Shown: piece by piece, positions 18,855 through 29,018 of the stretch | How the letters are laid out: every line of letters starts with the position of its first letter | How positions within the stretch are numbered: position 1 is the first letter of the stretch | Assembly: GCA_965652425.1 (NCBI GenBank) | Contig: CBFGVX010000004.1 | Coordinates: forward strand, 3,078-67,077 | Length of the DNA: 64,000 nt | Direction: 5' to 3' | Source: an uncultured bacterium | GTDB lineage: Bacteria > Planctomycetota > Phycisphaerae > Phycisphaerales > UBA1924 | The notes under the pieces: generated by a model | The model's input: the letters and a program-made list of their open reading frames with translations, nothing else | What the model was told of the DNA's origin: nothing | Databases searched by the model: none | Translations under genes and position numbers: made by a program

Positions 18855-19263
18855 CCCGTCCGGCGAGTTGCGGCTATGGCGTACCCGGCTGACGCTGGCC
18901 CACGATGCCAAGCGAGGCATCTTCGAGGCCGCAGGCGTGGCCGATAGTGTCCGTACCCTTGTCGACCTGGCTACCGAGGCACTTGACACCGTGGGGGCTG
19001 ACGACACCGACACCGAGAACGATGTCGAAGTGATCGTCACCGAGGCCATGCAACGCTTCGAGTTGGCATGGATGCGATACACGAATCATCCCGGAGCCGA
19101 CACACACCCGGCAGTAATGGAACAGGCGCGGCTGCTCGAAGAAGCGGCGATGTCTGCCGCCCGAATCGCCAAGTGGCGACACTTGCGGATGCTGGCCCGT
19201 ATCGAGCAACTGGAAGCCGCTGTAGCCACGCTGAGCGAGCCGAGGATGTCGACCGATGACTAA
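18844..19263 (+). CDS. Hypothetical protein
   Basis: Same strand as its neighbours, overlapping the upstream ORF by 11 nt. No motif recognised. Confidence 0.4.
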   Translation: MPTDPSGELRLWRTRLTLAHDAKRGIFEAAGVADSVRTLVDLATEALDTVGADDTDTENDVEVIVTEAMQRFELAWMRYTNHPGADTHPAVMEQARLLEEAAMSAARIAKWRHLRMLARIEQLEAAVATLSEPRMSTDD

Positions 19264-19648
19264 TGCCGCCGAAGTGAAGACGGCGATCCTGAAGCGTCTA
19301 CTGGCCATTCACGGCGACCTGCTCACCGCTGGTCTGTCTGGTCCGGTTCAGGAACTTGTCGAACTCGCGTTCGACGGTCTGGACCGTCTGGCCGGTCCTG
19401 TGCTGCCCACCGACGAACTACGCCAACGCCAGATAGCCGCGTCCGAACGCTGGGCTGAGGTGCGCCACCACCTAGCCGGTCTGCCCGATGAGGCCCGGAC
19501 GGACATCGCGGAAGCCGTCGACGAACTCGAACGCGTCACCCATGCCGCGCAGCGAGCCGCTGCACTGAATCACCTGATCCACCTGTGCCACGCCGATCAA
19601 CTCGAAGCCCGGATTCGTGATATGACCGAAGCCGATGATGGGGGCTGA
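19256..19648 (+). CDS. Hypothetical protein
   Basis: Overlaps the upstream ORF by 8 nt. Helical composition, no motif recognised. Confidence 0.4.
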   Translation: MTNAAEVKTAILKRLLAIHGDLLTAGLSGPVQELVELAFDGLDRLAGPVLPTDELRQRQIAASERWAEVRHHLAGLPDEARTDIAEAVDELERVTHAAQRAAALNHLIHLCHADQLEARIRDMTEADDGG

Positions 19649-19929
19649 AACGGGCTGATCTGTGCCGCCAGTGTTGCCATTCTGGTGGCCGATGGCACAG
19701 AACCCGCGATTCTGGCCCGCTGGGGGCGGGTGTTGGAATCCGGCGCGGACCACAACCGCCACGAACCGGCAAAATGTGGATGACCTGACGAAGACCGAAA
19801 ACACGGCTTCCGGTTCGGTAGAATGAACATAACAAACGGGCCGGGATTTGCTCCCCGGTCTGGCGAGGGCGTACCCGGTTCCCTTCCGTACCGGGTGCGA
19901 CCCCCGCACCATCCACGGAAGGATTCGAC

Positions 19930-20763
19930 ATGGTCGAACAGGTAGAAGCCCCCGCTCCCGGTCACATTGTCCAGTTTGTCGAGACTGCGGAACGAATAAT
20001 GGCGGATCAACTTCCCGACCTTGTCGACGATTCAAGCAATGACGGCGACTTGGTAAACGCGGTCCAGACTCTCGTCACACTGATACGCGCACTCGAAGGC
20101 CCGGTGTCTGGTCGAGTCGGCTGGCGATTCATAGCCGTCGGCGAACGGGTGGACAAACTGAAGGTTCGGTCGGGTGCTGTGCTGACCCTGTTGCAGGATC
20201 GTCTGTGCGGGATCGCTGAAGACTTGGGCTTAGACGAGTCGCCGCTGTTCCGTTTGGGGTGCGGAAACTTCGGTGACGACGAAACAGACCGGCTTCTTGA
20301 GAAGATGCGTAGGCGATGCGATAGACGGGATGGAACATCGCCACCCATTGACCCCGATGCCCTGCTCGCAATTGAGTGGGCATGGAACGAAATCAACAAA
20401 AAGAAACTCGAAGTGAAGCCGTTGCCGTCCGAACCCGTCAAGAATGGCGGGATATCGGCTCCGAAACTCGCCCCAAGATACGAGACAGCGATGCTTGCTA
20501 TCGGCTGGGCGCGCAAGGCGCGACCAGACTTGGTTGGCGACGATGGTGAAGTCGAAGTAACGGACCAGTTGTATGAACTGCTCAAGGAAGAATGCCCGCT
20601 TTATCGGTCCGAAGATGACAAGGATTCAGGCAAGCCGAAACTGCCGAACAAGAAATCGTTCGGGCGATACTTGCGCGCGGTCAAGGAAGCCAGCGAGGGG
20701 CCGCGTATCACAGCCGTAGCGAGGGATCACGGCTCATCAGTCGCAAAGGTAGGACGGATTTAG
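19930..20763 (+). CDS. Hypothetical protein (277 aa)
   Basis: First ORF after a 281-bp structured noncoding gap. No motif recognised. Confidence 0.45.
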   Translation: MVEQVEAPAPGHIVQFVETAERIMADQLPDLVDDSSNDGDLVNAVQTLVTLIRALEGPVSGRVGWRFIAVGERVDKLKVRSGAVLTLLQDRLCGIAEDLGLDESPLFRLGCGNFGDDETDRLLEKMRRRCDRRDGTSPPIDPDALLAIEWAWNEINKKKLEVKPLPSEPVKNGGISAPKLAPRYETAMLAIGWARKARPDLVGDDGEVEVTDQLYELLKEECPLYRSEDDKDSGKPKLPNKKSFGRYLRAVKEASEGPRITAVARDHGSSVAKVGRI

Positions 20764-20854
20764 CAGGTCGCGGATTCCTGAAAAAAACTTTCGGGCATCC
20801 ATTGCATTTTAGGACCGTCCGCGAACCATCCGCACCGTCCGTTCCCCGGTATTC

Positions 20855-21079
20855 ATGGCAACTGCTCATGAATATCGGGATCAGCCCGGCGACTCGCGAC
20901 TGCTCAATGCTCGCGAACTCGCTGCCCTGATCGGGACTACTCCGAGAACCATCCTCAACTGGAAGCGCGAAGGGATCATCCCGGCTATCCAAGTCGGGCA
21001 GCGATTCGTCCGGTTCGATGCTGACAAGGTATTCGCCGCACTGGGCGAGGCCGACGACCGGCGGGGGGTGGGCCAATGA
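20855..21079 (+). CDS. Excisionase/AlpA-type helix-turn-helix DNA-binding protein
   Basis: LLNARELAALIGTTPRTILNWKREGIIPAIQVGQRFVRFDADKV is the classic excisionase-family (HTH_17/MerR-like) pattern. Confidence 0.7.
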   Translation: MATAHEYRDQPGDSRLLNARELAALIGTTPRTILNWKREGIIPAIQVGQRFVRFDADKVFAALGEADDRRGVGQ

Positions 21080-21375
21080 GCCGCACCCAAAATGCCCCCC
21101 GGCAGTCGCCAAACTCGCGGGGGACTAGTGATCATGTCGCTGACATTCTATCACGCCGCGAAGCCCGTAAGTATTCCGAAGCGCTCGAAGTCGGTTCACC
21201 GTACCGCACCACGCAACAAACATGCGCGATCCTGCAATGCAGCGAATCCGGTCTTCGCAATCTGCGCAACCGAGGCCACCTGAGCGCGTACACGATCGAC
21301 GGCGTGGGCGTGCGGTTCCACATTGAAGACATCGAGGCGTTTGTTCGCCGCTGCCGAGAAGGGGGCCAGCAATGA
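21076..21375 (+). CDS. Second excisionase-type HTH protein
   Basis: YRTTQQTCAILQCSESGLRNLRNRGHLSAYTIDGVGVRFHIEDIEAFV. It overlaps both neighbours by 4 nt. Confidence 0.55.
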   Translation: MSRTQNAPRQSPNSRGTSDHVADILSRREARKYSEALEVGSPYRTTQQTCAILQCSESGLRNLRNRGHLSAYTIDGVGVRFHIEDIEAFVRRCREGGQQ

Positions 21376-23456
21376 ACCACACCCTCGAAGACGCATTCGA
21401 CTTGGCGCACCGTGGATTCAGCGTGATCCCGGTTCCGCACTGTAAGAAGGGGCCGACGCTGAAGGGTTGGCAAAACCTAAGACTGACCGCCGATGACTTG
21501 CCCCGATACTTCAATGGCCAGCCGTCCAACTTCGGCATCCTGCTCGGCGAGCCGTCCGGCTATCTGGTGGATGTTGACTTGGACTGCCCCGAAGCCGTGG
21601 AACTCGCCCCGAAGTATCTGCCCACTACCGGCGCGATCTTCGGACGCGAAAGCAATCCGCGCTCGCACTGGCTGTTCCGGGTTGGCACTGACATCGAGAC
21701 GACACGGCACAAAGACCCGCACGACGGGACCACCATCATCGAACTCCGTGGCATCGGCGCGCAGACCGTGGCCCCCGGCTCGGTTCACCCAAGCGGCGAG
21801 GCCGTCCGATGGGACGAGGGCGACGATCCAGCCGTGGTCGATGCCGATGAACTGCTCAAGGCCGTAGAAGCGATCTACAGGGCTGTCCTACGCAAGCGTG
21901 GAAGGCCGATCCCCGAAGCCGACCCAAGCCCCCCGCTACCCGTTGAGACGCGGCACACGGCGACCACGGCGACGCTACAGGCCACCGACGATCCGAAGGT
22001 GATCGACCGTGCCGCGAAGTATCTGGATGCGATGCCGCCTTGTATCGAAAAGCAAAGCGGAGATGACCACCTACTGTACGCGGCGTGCCGCCTGACAAAC
22101 GGATTCGCATTGACCGACGATGCCGCGCTAGATCTGCTCCGAACTGTCTTCAACCCGCGATGCCAACCGCCGTGGCCAGACCATCGACTTGTTTACAAGG
22201 TAGAGCAATCGCGAAAGGTATCGCACAACGAACCGCGCGGTCACCTGCTCAACGATGACCGGCCAGAGGCATCGAAGCCGACATCATCGACCGGCAAAAA
22301 CGAACCAGACCGACCGAAGCAAGCCCCCGCGAGTCTGATCGTCCGCAACTTCGCGGACATCGAACGCGAGGAAATCGACTGGCTTTGGGAAGGCGTGATC
22401 GCGCGCGGCAAGTTGACCATGTTCGCGGGTGATCCCGGACTTGGGAAATCGTTCCTGACTTGCGACCTAGCGGCGAGGGTATCGAGCGGCCGGAACTTCC
22501 CGTGCGGCATGGTCAACCCGAACGGACCCGGACGCGTGCTGATGCTCAACTGTGAAGACGACGCTGGCGACACGATGAAGGGCCGACTCGAAGACGCTGG
22601 GGCGAATGTCGCACTTGTGGACTGGATCGACGGCGCAAAGGTCGGCGAGCGTGATCAGGGGTTCCAGATTGACGCGCACCTGGACCTGCTCGAAGCGTAC
22701 ATTCGCGATCATCCCGATACGCGTCTGGTGACGATCGACCCGGTGACGGCGTTTGGTGGCGATAAAGACTCGGACAAAAACCACGATGTCCGATCGCTGC
22801 TCCGTCCGTTGCAGGAAATGGCAACGCGTACCGGCGTGGCCGTGGTGATCGTGTCGCACTTCAACAAGTCTTCAGGCGCATCAAAGGCGTACCGGACGAA
22901 TGGCAGCATCGGCTGGACCGCTGCGGTTCGCATGGCGTGGGGGTTCGCTGCTGACCCCGACGACGAATCACGGCGGATCATGTTCCCGATCAAGTCCAAC
23001 ATCGCCGCGAATGATGGCGGGTTCGCGTTCACCATCGCCGAAGACGGCGCGGGCCGGGTGGCGCTCGCGTGGGAAGCCGATCGGGTGATCGTCAACGCCG
23101 ACGAACTGCTCCAACCGTCGACTGGGCGCGAGATGTCCGAAGAGATGGCCGAGGCCGTCGCGTTCCTGCAAACCGAACTGGCCCACGGAAGCATGCGATC
23201 CAAGGATCTGTACCGTGCGGCGAGCGAGGCCGGAATCTCAAAATCGACACTGCAACGGGCGAAGGCAAGGGCTGGCGTGGTGTCGGATAAAGACAAAGGA
23301 ACGCTCAACGGCGGCTGGCGATGGATGCTCGCGCCGAAGATGTCCTCGAAGATGCCCACGCGCCAGAACCTGAGCGCCTTCGGCTCAGACGGCGAATCTT
23401 CGGGATTCGAGGGCGATCCGTCCCCCGAAGATGATCAGGACGATCTGCCTGTCTGA
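21372..23456 (+). CDS. Bifunctional AEP primase-polymerase / RecA-fold (AAA_25, RepA-like) helicase
   Basis: N-terminal Prim-Pol motifs (FSVIPV..KKGP..GWQ, DxD in YLVDVDLD, sxH in PGSVHPSG). The central and C-terminal part has Walker A GDPGLGKS and a RecA-like core (VLMLNCEDD, VVIVSHFNKS). Confidence 0.85.
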   Translation: MNHTLEDAFDLAHRGFSVIPVPHCKKGPTLKGWQNLRLTADDLPRYFNGQPSNFGILLGEPSGYLVDVDLDCPEAVELAPKYLPTTGAIFGRESNPRSHWLFRVGTDIETTRHKDPHDGTTIIELRGIGAQTVAPGSVHPSGEAVRWDEGDDPAVVDADELLKAVEAIYRAVLRKRGRPIPEADPSPPLPVETRHTATTATLQATDDPKVIDRAAKYLDAMPPCIEKQSGDDHLLYAACRLTNGFALTDDAALDLLRTVFNPRCQPPWPDHRLVYKVEQSRKVSHNEPRGHLLNDDRPEASKPTSSTGKNEPDRPKQAPASLIVRNFADIEREEIDWLWEGVIARGKLTMFAGDPGLGKSFLTCDLAARVSSGRNFPCGMVNPNGPGRVLMLNCEDDAGDTMKGRLEDAGANVALVDWIDGAKVGERDQGFQIDAHLDLLEAYIRDHPDTRLVTIDPVTAFGGDKDSDKNHDVRSLLRPLQEMATRTGVAVVIVSHFNKSSGASKAYRTNGSIGWTAAVRMAWGFAADPDDESRRIMFPIKSNIAANDGGFAFTIAEDGAGRVALAWEADRVIVNADELLQPSTGREMSEEMAEAVAFLQTELAHGSMRSKDLYRAASEAGISKSTLQRAKARAGVVSDKDKGTLNGGWRWMLAPKMSSKMPTRQNLSAFGSDGESSGFEGDPSPEDDQDDLPV

Positions 23457-23550
23457 AACAGTGTTGAAAGCGGCTGGGGGTGGCCTGCCGGCTCCCCCCG
23501 GCTTTACCGGGTATAGTGTTTCTGTGTCTGAGAAACAGAAGGGAGGATAC

Positions 23551-23814
23551 ATGGCGAAGAAGACATCGGCGAAGAAGCCGATCCGCGTTCCAGTGTTGGA
23601 GCGTGCGCTGCTCGCGAGGATCAACCGGACCATCGAGACCGATGGATTGTTCCTACGGCGTAGCCGACCCGGTACGCGATCCTTCGAGGTGCTGGGCCGC
23701 TACCACCTAGCCAACCGAGACACGATGGCCGTACTCGAAGCGGACATCGACCTAGAGAACTATGCCCGCGAACTGGGGCTGCTCGCTGACCACGAATACT
23801 TGGAGATCAACTGA
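23551..23814 (+). CDS. Hypothetical small basic protein
   Basis: ATG at 23551 preceded by GGGAGGA. Its stop overlaps the integrase start as TGATG. Confidence 0.45.
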   Translation: MAKKTSAKKPIRVPVLERALLARINRTIETDGLFLRRSRPGTRSFEVLGRYHLANRDTMAVLEADIDLENYARELGLLADHEYLEIN

Positions 23815-25118
23815 TGGCAAGTCTGTACGGAAACACGAAAGACGGATGGCGCATCACCTACTACCACGATGGCAAGCGGAAGGCGTTCCGGTTCATGGGA
23901 CCGAAGAACACGGCGCAGACCCTGCAGCGCCGCGTTGAAGAACTGGTTCTGTGCCGCGAGGCCGGGTCAGCGATGACCGTCGACTGCGCGCGCTGGCTCG
24001 CGTCCGTCGGCGAGAAGACACTCGACAAACTGGAACGGGTGGGGCTGATCGAACCCGAAGACCGGCCACAGAAGAAGGAACGGAAGACGCTGCAACAGGT
24101 GGTCGACGCGTTTCTCGCCGATCATGCGGGCAAGGATTCGACGCTGACCCGGAAGACTCAGGCAACCGACAACATGATCGAACGGCTGGACGGCTCGAAG
24201 ATGGCCGACCGTATCACCCCCACCGATGCCGAAGGGTTCGTTCGCGATATGCGGAAGACCTACGCCCGCGCCACAACCGCCCGCACCGTCGGCTACGCGA
24301 AACAGGTGTTTCAGTACGCCAAGCGGCAGGGATGGGTGGAGTCCAACCCCTTCGAGGAAGTGAAGGGCGGATCGACCACGAACGCGACCCGGCAGCACTT
24401 TGTGAAGCGGGAAACGATCGACCGGGTGATCCAGTCCGCTCCGTCTGCACAGTGGCGGCTCATCATCGCACTCAGCCGCTACGGGGGGCTGCGATGCCCG
24501 TCCGAGGTACTGGACCTGACTTGGGCTGACATCGACTTCGAGACGGGCCGGATGCGCGTCCGGTCCCGGAAGACCGAACACCATGAGGGGGGCGCGTATC
24601 GGGATGTCCCGCTGTTCGCCGAAGTCCGTGGCCCTCTCATGGATGTCTTCGATATGGCCGAACCCGGTACGGAACGGGTGATCACCGACTATCAACCGGG
24701 GGCGAACCTGTTTACACACTTCCGGCGGATCGTCAAGCGGGCAGGGGTGAAGCCGTGGCCGCGCTTGTTCCACAACATGCGAGCGACCCGGCAGACCGAA
24801 CTGGCCAGCGAGTATCCGCTCGCCACCGTCTGCGCTTGGATCGGGAACACCCGCGCAATCGCGGCTGGTCATTACCTGCAACTGACCGATGCCGACTGGC
24901 AACGCGCTACGGGCTGTGACAGTGGCAACACTGGTGACACAGATTCGGCAACACAGGCGGCAACGCACACATCCTCACGGATCAGCACAGAGCCGCACGA
25001 CGAATCGGAAGTGTCCGAAACGCAAGGGGATATGGTGAACTGTGCGGAACCGTGCGGCTCCGTGCGGAAGCAAAAGGTGGGCGAACTCGGACTCGAACCG
25101 AGGACCTCGCGGGTGTAA
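23814..25118 (+). CDS. int: Tyrosine recombinase (phage-type integrase)
   Basis: Catalytic-domain pattern RYGGLRCPSEVLDLTWADID, HNMRATRQTELA and AAGHYLQ (R..HxxR..Y). The low-complexity tail runs into the tRNA gene and terminates inside it. Confidence 0.9.
   Translation: MASLYGNTKDGWRITYYHDGKRKAFRFMGPKNTAQTLQRRVEELVLCREAGSAMTVDCARWLASVGEKTLDKLERVGLIEPEDRPQKKERKTLQQVVDAFLADHAGKDSTLTRKTQATDNMIERLDGSKMADRITPTDAEGFVRDMRKTYARATTARTVGYAKQVFQYAKRQGWVESNPFEEVKGGSTTNATRQHFVKRETIDRVIQSAPSAQWRLIIALSRYGGLRCPSEVLDLTWADIDFETGRMRVRSRKTEHHEGGAYRDVPLFAEVRGPLMDVFDMAEPGTERVITDYQPGANLFTHFRRIVKRAGVKPWPRLFHNMRATRQTELASEYPLATVCAWIGNTRAIAAGHYLQLTDADWQRATGCDSGNTGDTDSATQAATHTSSRISTEPHDESEVSETQGDMVNCAEPCGSVRKQKVGELGLEPRTSRV
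24924..24941. repeat. 18-bp repeat GGCAACACTGGTGACACA (right-arm copy)
   Basis: Identical to 15751-15768, followed by the partial copy GGCAACAC at 24947-24954. Confidence 0.45.
25077..25093. repeat. attR core: GTGGGCGAACTCGGACT within the tRNA-Val 3-prime end
   Basis: Identical to 15676-15692. It covers the discriminator base, the 3-prime acceptor strand and part of the T arm. Confidence 0.8.
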
Positions 25119-25151
25119 ACCGAGCGCTCTAGCCAACTGAGCTATTCGCCC
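25078..25151 (-). tRNA. tRNA-Val (anticodon TAC)
   Basis: Hand-folded 74-nt cloverleaf: acceptor GGGCGAA/TTCGCCC, D arm GCTC-AGTTGGCTA-GAGC, anticodon stem CTCGG/CCGCG (one U-C mismatch) with loop TTTACAC, and T arm CTCGG-TTCGAGT-CCGAG. CCA is not fully encoded. Confidence 0.8.
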
Positions 25152-25195
25152 CACAGAGTATGTATCGCCCCAGTGTAGCGATTTACCGGCTCTGA

Positions 25196-26683
<1,488 letters not shown>

Positions 26684-26710
26684 TCTTCACGATTCCATAA
26701 CACGATGCGG

Positions 26711-26739
26711 AGGCGAGCCCACAGCGGCTCGCCTTTTTC
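26711..26739 (+). terminator. Rho-independent terminator after gdhA
   Basis: AGGCGAGCC-CACAGC-GGCTCGCCT stem-loop followed by TTTTT. Confidence 0.75.
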
Positions 26740-26760
26740 ATCCACGCTACACTTGCCCCG

Positions 26761-27669
26761 ATGAAAATCGACCGTCGCACACCCTCGCCCGCGGTGGCAC
26801 TGGAAACAACGCTCCTCCTGCACGGCGTGCCGAAGTCGAGCGCGCTCGATCTGCACCGGGGTCTGTCGAGTATCTGCCTGGAGCACGGGGCCAACCCGGG
26901 GCTGGTGGGGTTACTCGACGGAGTCCCGACCGTCGGGATTACCGAGGATGAACTGAACGGTCTTCTGAAAGAGGACTCAGTTCCGAAAGCGAACACATCG
27001 AATCTCGGGGTGCTGAGGTATTGGGGGGCGAACGCCGCAACCACGGTCAGCGCGACTATGGAGATCGCATCATGTGCGGGACTGTCCGTGTTCGCCACGG
27101 GCGGCCTCGGAGGCGTGCACCAGAATCTGTTCAGCGGAGAGGCGACATGCAATCTCGACATCTCTGCGGACCTCGCCGCGATGAGCCGGTACCCCGTTGC
27201 CGTGGTTTCCAGCGGCGTGAAATCGATCCTCGATGTGGTCGCCACGCGCGAAGCGCTCGAGTCGCTCGGGGTTTGCGTGGTGGGATATCGAACGGACCGA
27301 TTCCCGGCCTTCTATTCGCGGTCCTCGGACGCGGGAGTCGATGCGCGATTCGATGATCCGGACGCTCTTGCATCGTTTCTCCGAATGGAACTGAACAGAA
27401 CCACGCGCGGGGTGTTGGTCGTCAACCCGATACCTGAACAATTCGAAATCCCAGATCGCCAATTCGGGGAGTATGTTGAGCAAGCCACCGCGGAAGCGAC
27501 AGCATCCGGTGCGACCGGCCGCTCGGTGACACCCGCGATTCTGGACGCCCTTCACCGAATATCTGGCGGGAAAACACTCGAAGCCAACATCGAACTGGTC
27601 CGATCGAACACGGCGCTCGCCGCGCAGCTTGCATCACGGATGCAACCAAGGAGAGGAACCACGGAATGA
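26761..27669 (+). CDS. psuG: Pseudouridine-5-prime-phosphate glycosidase
   Basis: Indigoidine-synthase-A-like pattern: VALETTLLLHGVP, ATMEIASCAGLSVFATGGLGGVH, DISADL and VVSSGVKSILD. Confidence 0.88.
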   Translation: MKIDRRTPSPAVALETTLLLHGVPKSSALDLHRGLSSICLEHGANPGLVGLLDGVPTVGITEDELNGLLKEDSVPKANTSNLGVLRYWGANAATTVSATMEIASCAGLSVFATGGLGGVHQNLFSGEATCNLDISADLAAMSRYPVAVVSSGVKSILDVVATREALESLGVCVVGYRTDRFPAFYSRSSDAGVDARFDDPDALASFLRMELNRTTRGVLVVNPIPEQFEIPDRQFGEYVEQATAEATASGATGRSVTPAILDALHRISGGKTLEANIELVRSNTALAAQLASRMQPRRGTTE

Positions 27670-29012
27670 ATTACAAAATTGCGATGATCGCGTTGGTGTG
27701 GAGCACCGCGGCTGCATTGGGTGCGCTCCAACCGATTACCATCGACGGCCAGTTCGATGACTGGACCGCTGCGGATATCGTCGCCGTCGATCCCGCCGGT
27801 GATGCCGATGGGATCTTCGATCTGACCCGACTGTATGCCAGGAGCAACGGGCCGCTGGTGTTTCTGCGATTCGATACCGGGATCGTCCGCAACCTGCAGT
27901 CCGGTTCGAGGGAAGAAGGGACGCTGGTTTTTCGCTTCACGAACCTTCGAACAAATCAGGAACTTCTCATCGATACCCGGGGTCGATCGGTCTCTCACCG
28001 GAACGAGGCGGGGGAACTGTCCGAGGTCGGGTGGTATAGCGCGAACTATCGGAGTGGTCCCACCTACGCGCATCACGAATTCGAACTGCAGGCGGACCTT
28101 TCGGTCCTGGGTACGCTCAGCGGTGACTCCATCCGACTTGCCGTCTCCGGCAGCGACGCGTTTGACGAGCCCATCGAGCTGGCGATTTCTGACCCTGTAG
28201 ACACATCATCTCCTGTCTCGATCGATATGTCGCGTGCGGACACCACGATCCTTCGCGCGGCGAGTCTGAACACGCTGCGCAACGGCATCGTGGATGGGTC
28301 ACGGTCCGGCGCATTGCTGCGGTTGCTCGGTTCGGCAAAGCCCGATGTCGTTCTCCTTCAGGAGGAATACAACACATCCGCAGAAGATGTGCAGACTCGG
28401 TTGGAATCCGGTCTTGGCGGGAAGTGGAATGTGGCCAAGGTTCGTGACACGGTGGTGGCGAGTCGATATCCGGTCCGCAAACTGCAGAGTCTCGATGATT
28501 CGTATACCGCCGCGATCGTCGAAACCCCGACTCACGGGCCCGCGCTGGTGTTCAGCGTGCACCCCAAATGCTGCGGCACGATTGGATCCGAAGAAGACGA
28601 GCGGCGGATCCACCAGACCCGGGCGATGATCGAAACCATCCGCATCGCGAGATCGCGGTTTGGTACAGACATTCCGATTCTACTCGCCGGCGATTGGAAC
28701 ATGGTGGGATCGCGGTCGCCCCTCGATCTGCTCACCGATCCGACCGGGCCGAGCATGCACCATATCGATGCACGGCATCAGGGTAGTCGCGAGGTGTACA
28801 CATGGTTCGCGCCGGATTCAGCGTTCGCGCCGGGCGTGCTCGACCTCGCCGCAGTGGACGCCCTCAGCGCGAGCGCGTCTGCGGGATTCCTTCTCGACAC
28901 GCGCACGGTTCGTCCCGAAGACCTCAGAAAGCACGGTCTGCATGCGGACGATTCCGCTGCAACGGATCATCTCCTGATGGTCATCGATCTCGGTCGGGAC
29001 GCCGTGGAGTGA
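27666..29012 (+). CDS. Secreted endonuclease/exonuclease/phosphatase (EEP) family protein with N-terminal extra domain
   Basis: Signal peptide. EEP blocks: LRAASLN, PDVVLLQEE, LAGDWN and a C-terminal SDHLLMVIDL. The start overlaps the psuG stop (ATGA). Confidence 0.75.
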   Translation: MNYKIAMIALVWSTAAALGALQPITIDGQFDDWTAADIVAVDPAGDADGIFDLTRLYARSNGPLVFLRFDTGIVRNLQSGSREEGTLVFRFTNLRTNQELLIDTRGRSVSHRNEAGELSEVGWYSANYRSGPTYAHHEFELQADLSVLGTLSGDSIRLAVSGSDAFDEPIELAISDPVDTSSPVSIDMSRADTTILRAASLNTLRNGIVDGSRSGALLRLLGSAKPDVVLLQEEYNTSAEDVQTRLESGLGGKWNVAKVRDTVVASRYPVRKLQSLDDSYTAAIVETPTHGPALVFSVHPKCCGTIGSEEDERRIHQTRAMIETIRIARSRFGTDIPILLAGDWNMVGSRSPLDLLTDPTGPSMHHIDARHQGSREVYTWFAPDSAFAPGVLDLAAVDALSASASAGFLLDTRTVRPEDLRKHGLHADDSAATDHLLMVIDLGRDAVE

Positions 29013-29018
29013 TCTGCC

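Larger units (their letters stand above)
15676..25093 (+). mobile_element. Integrative element (phage-satellite-like / cryptic prophage remnant) inserted in tRNA-Val
   Basis: Bounded by 17-bp direct repeats, with the right copy forming the tRNA 3-prime end. Fourteen same-strand ORFs end in a tyrosine integrase next to the tRNA. It also carries excisionase-type HTH proteins, a primase-helicase and a prohead protease homolog. Confidence 0.8.

Noticed and set aside
23967-24968. 333-aa minus-strand ORF
   Set aside because: It is antisense to the tyrosine integrase, whose catalytic motifs are clear on the plus strand.
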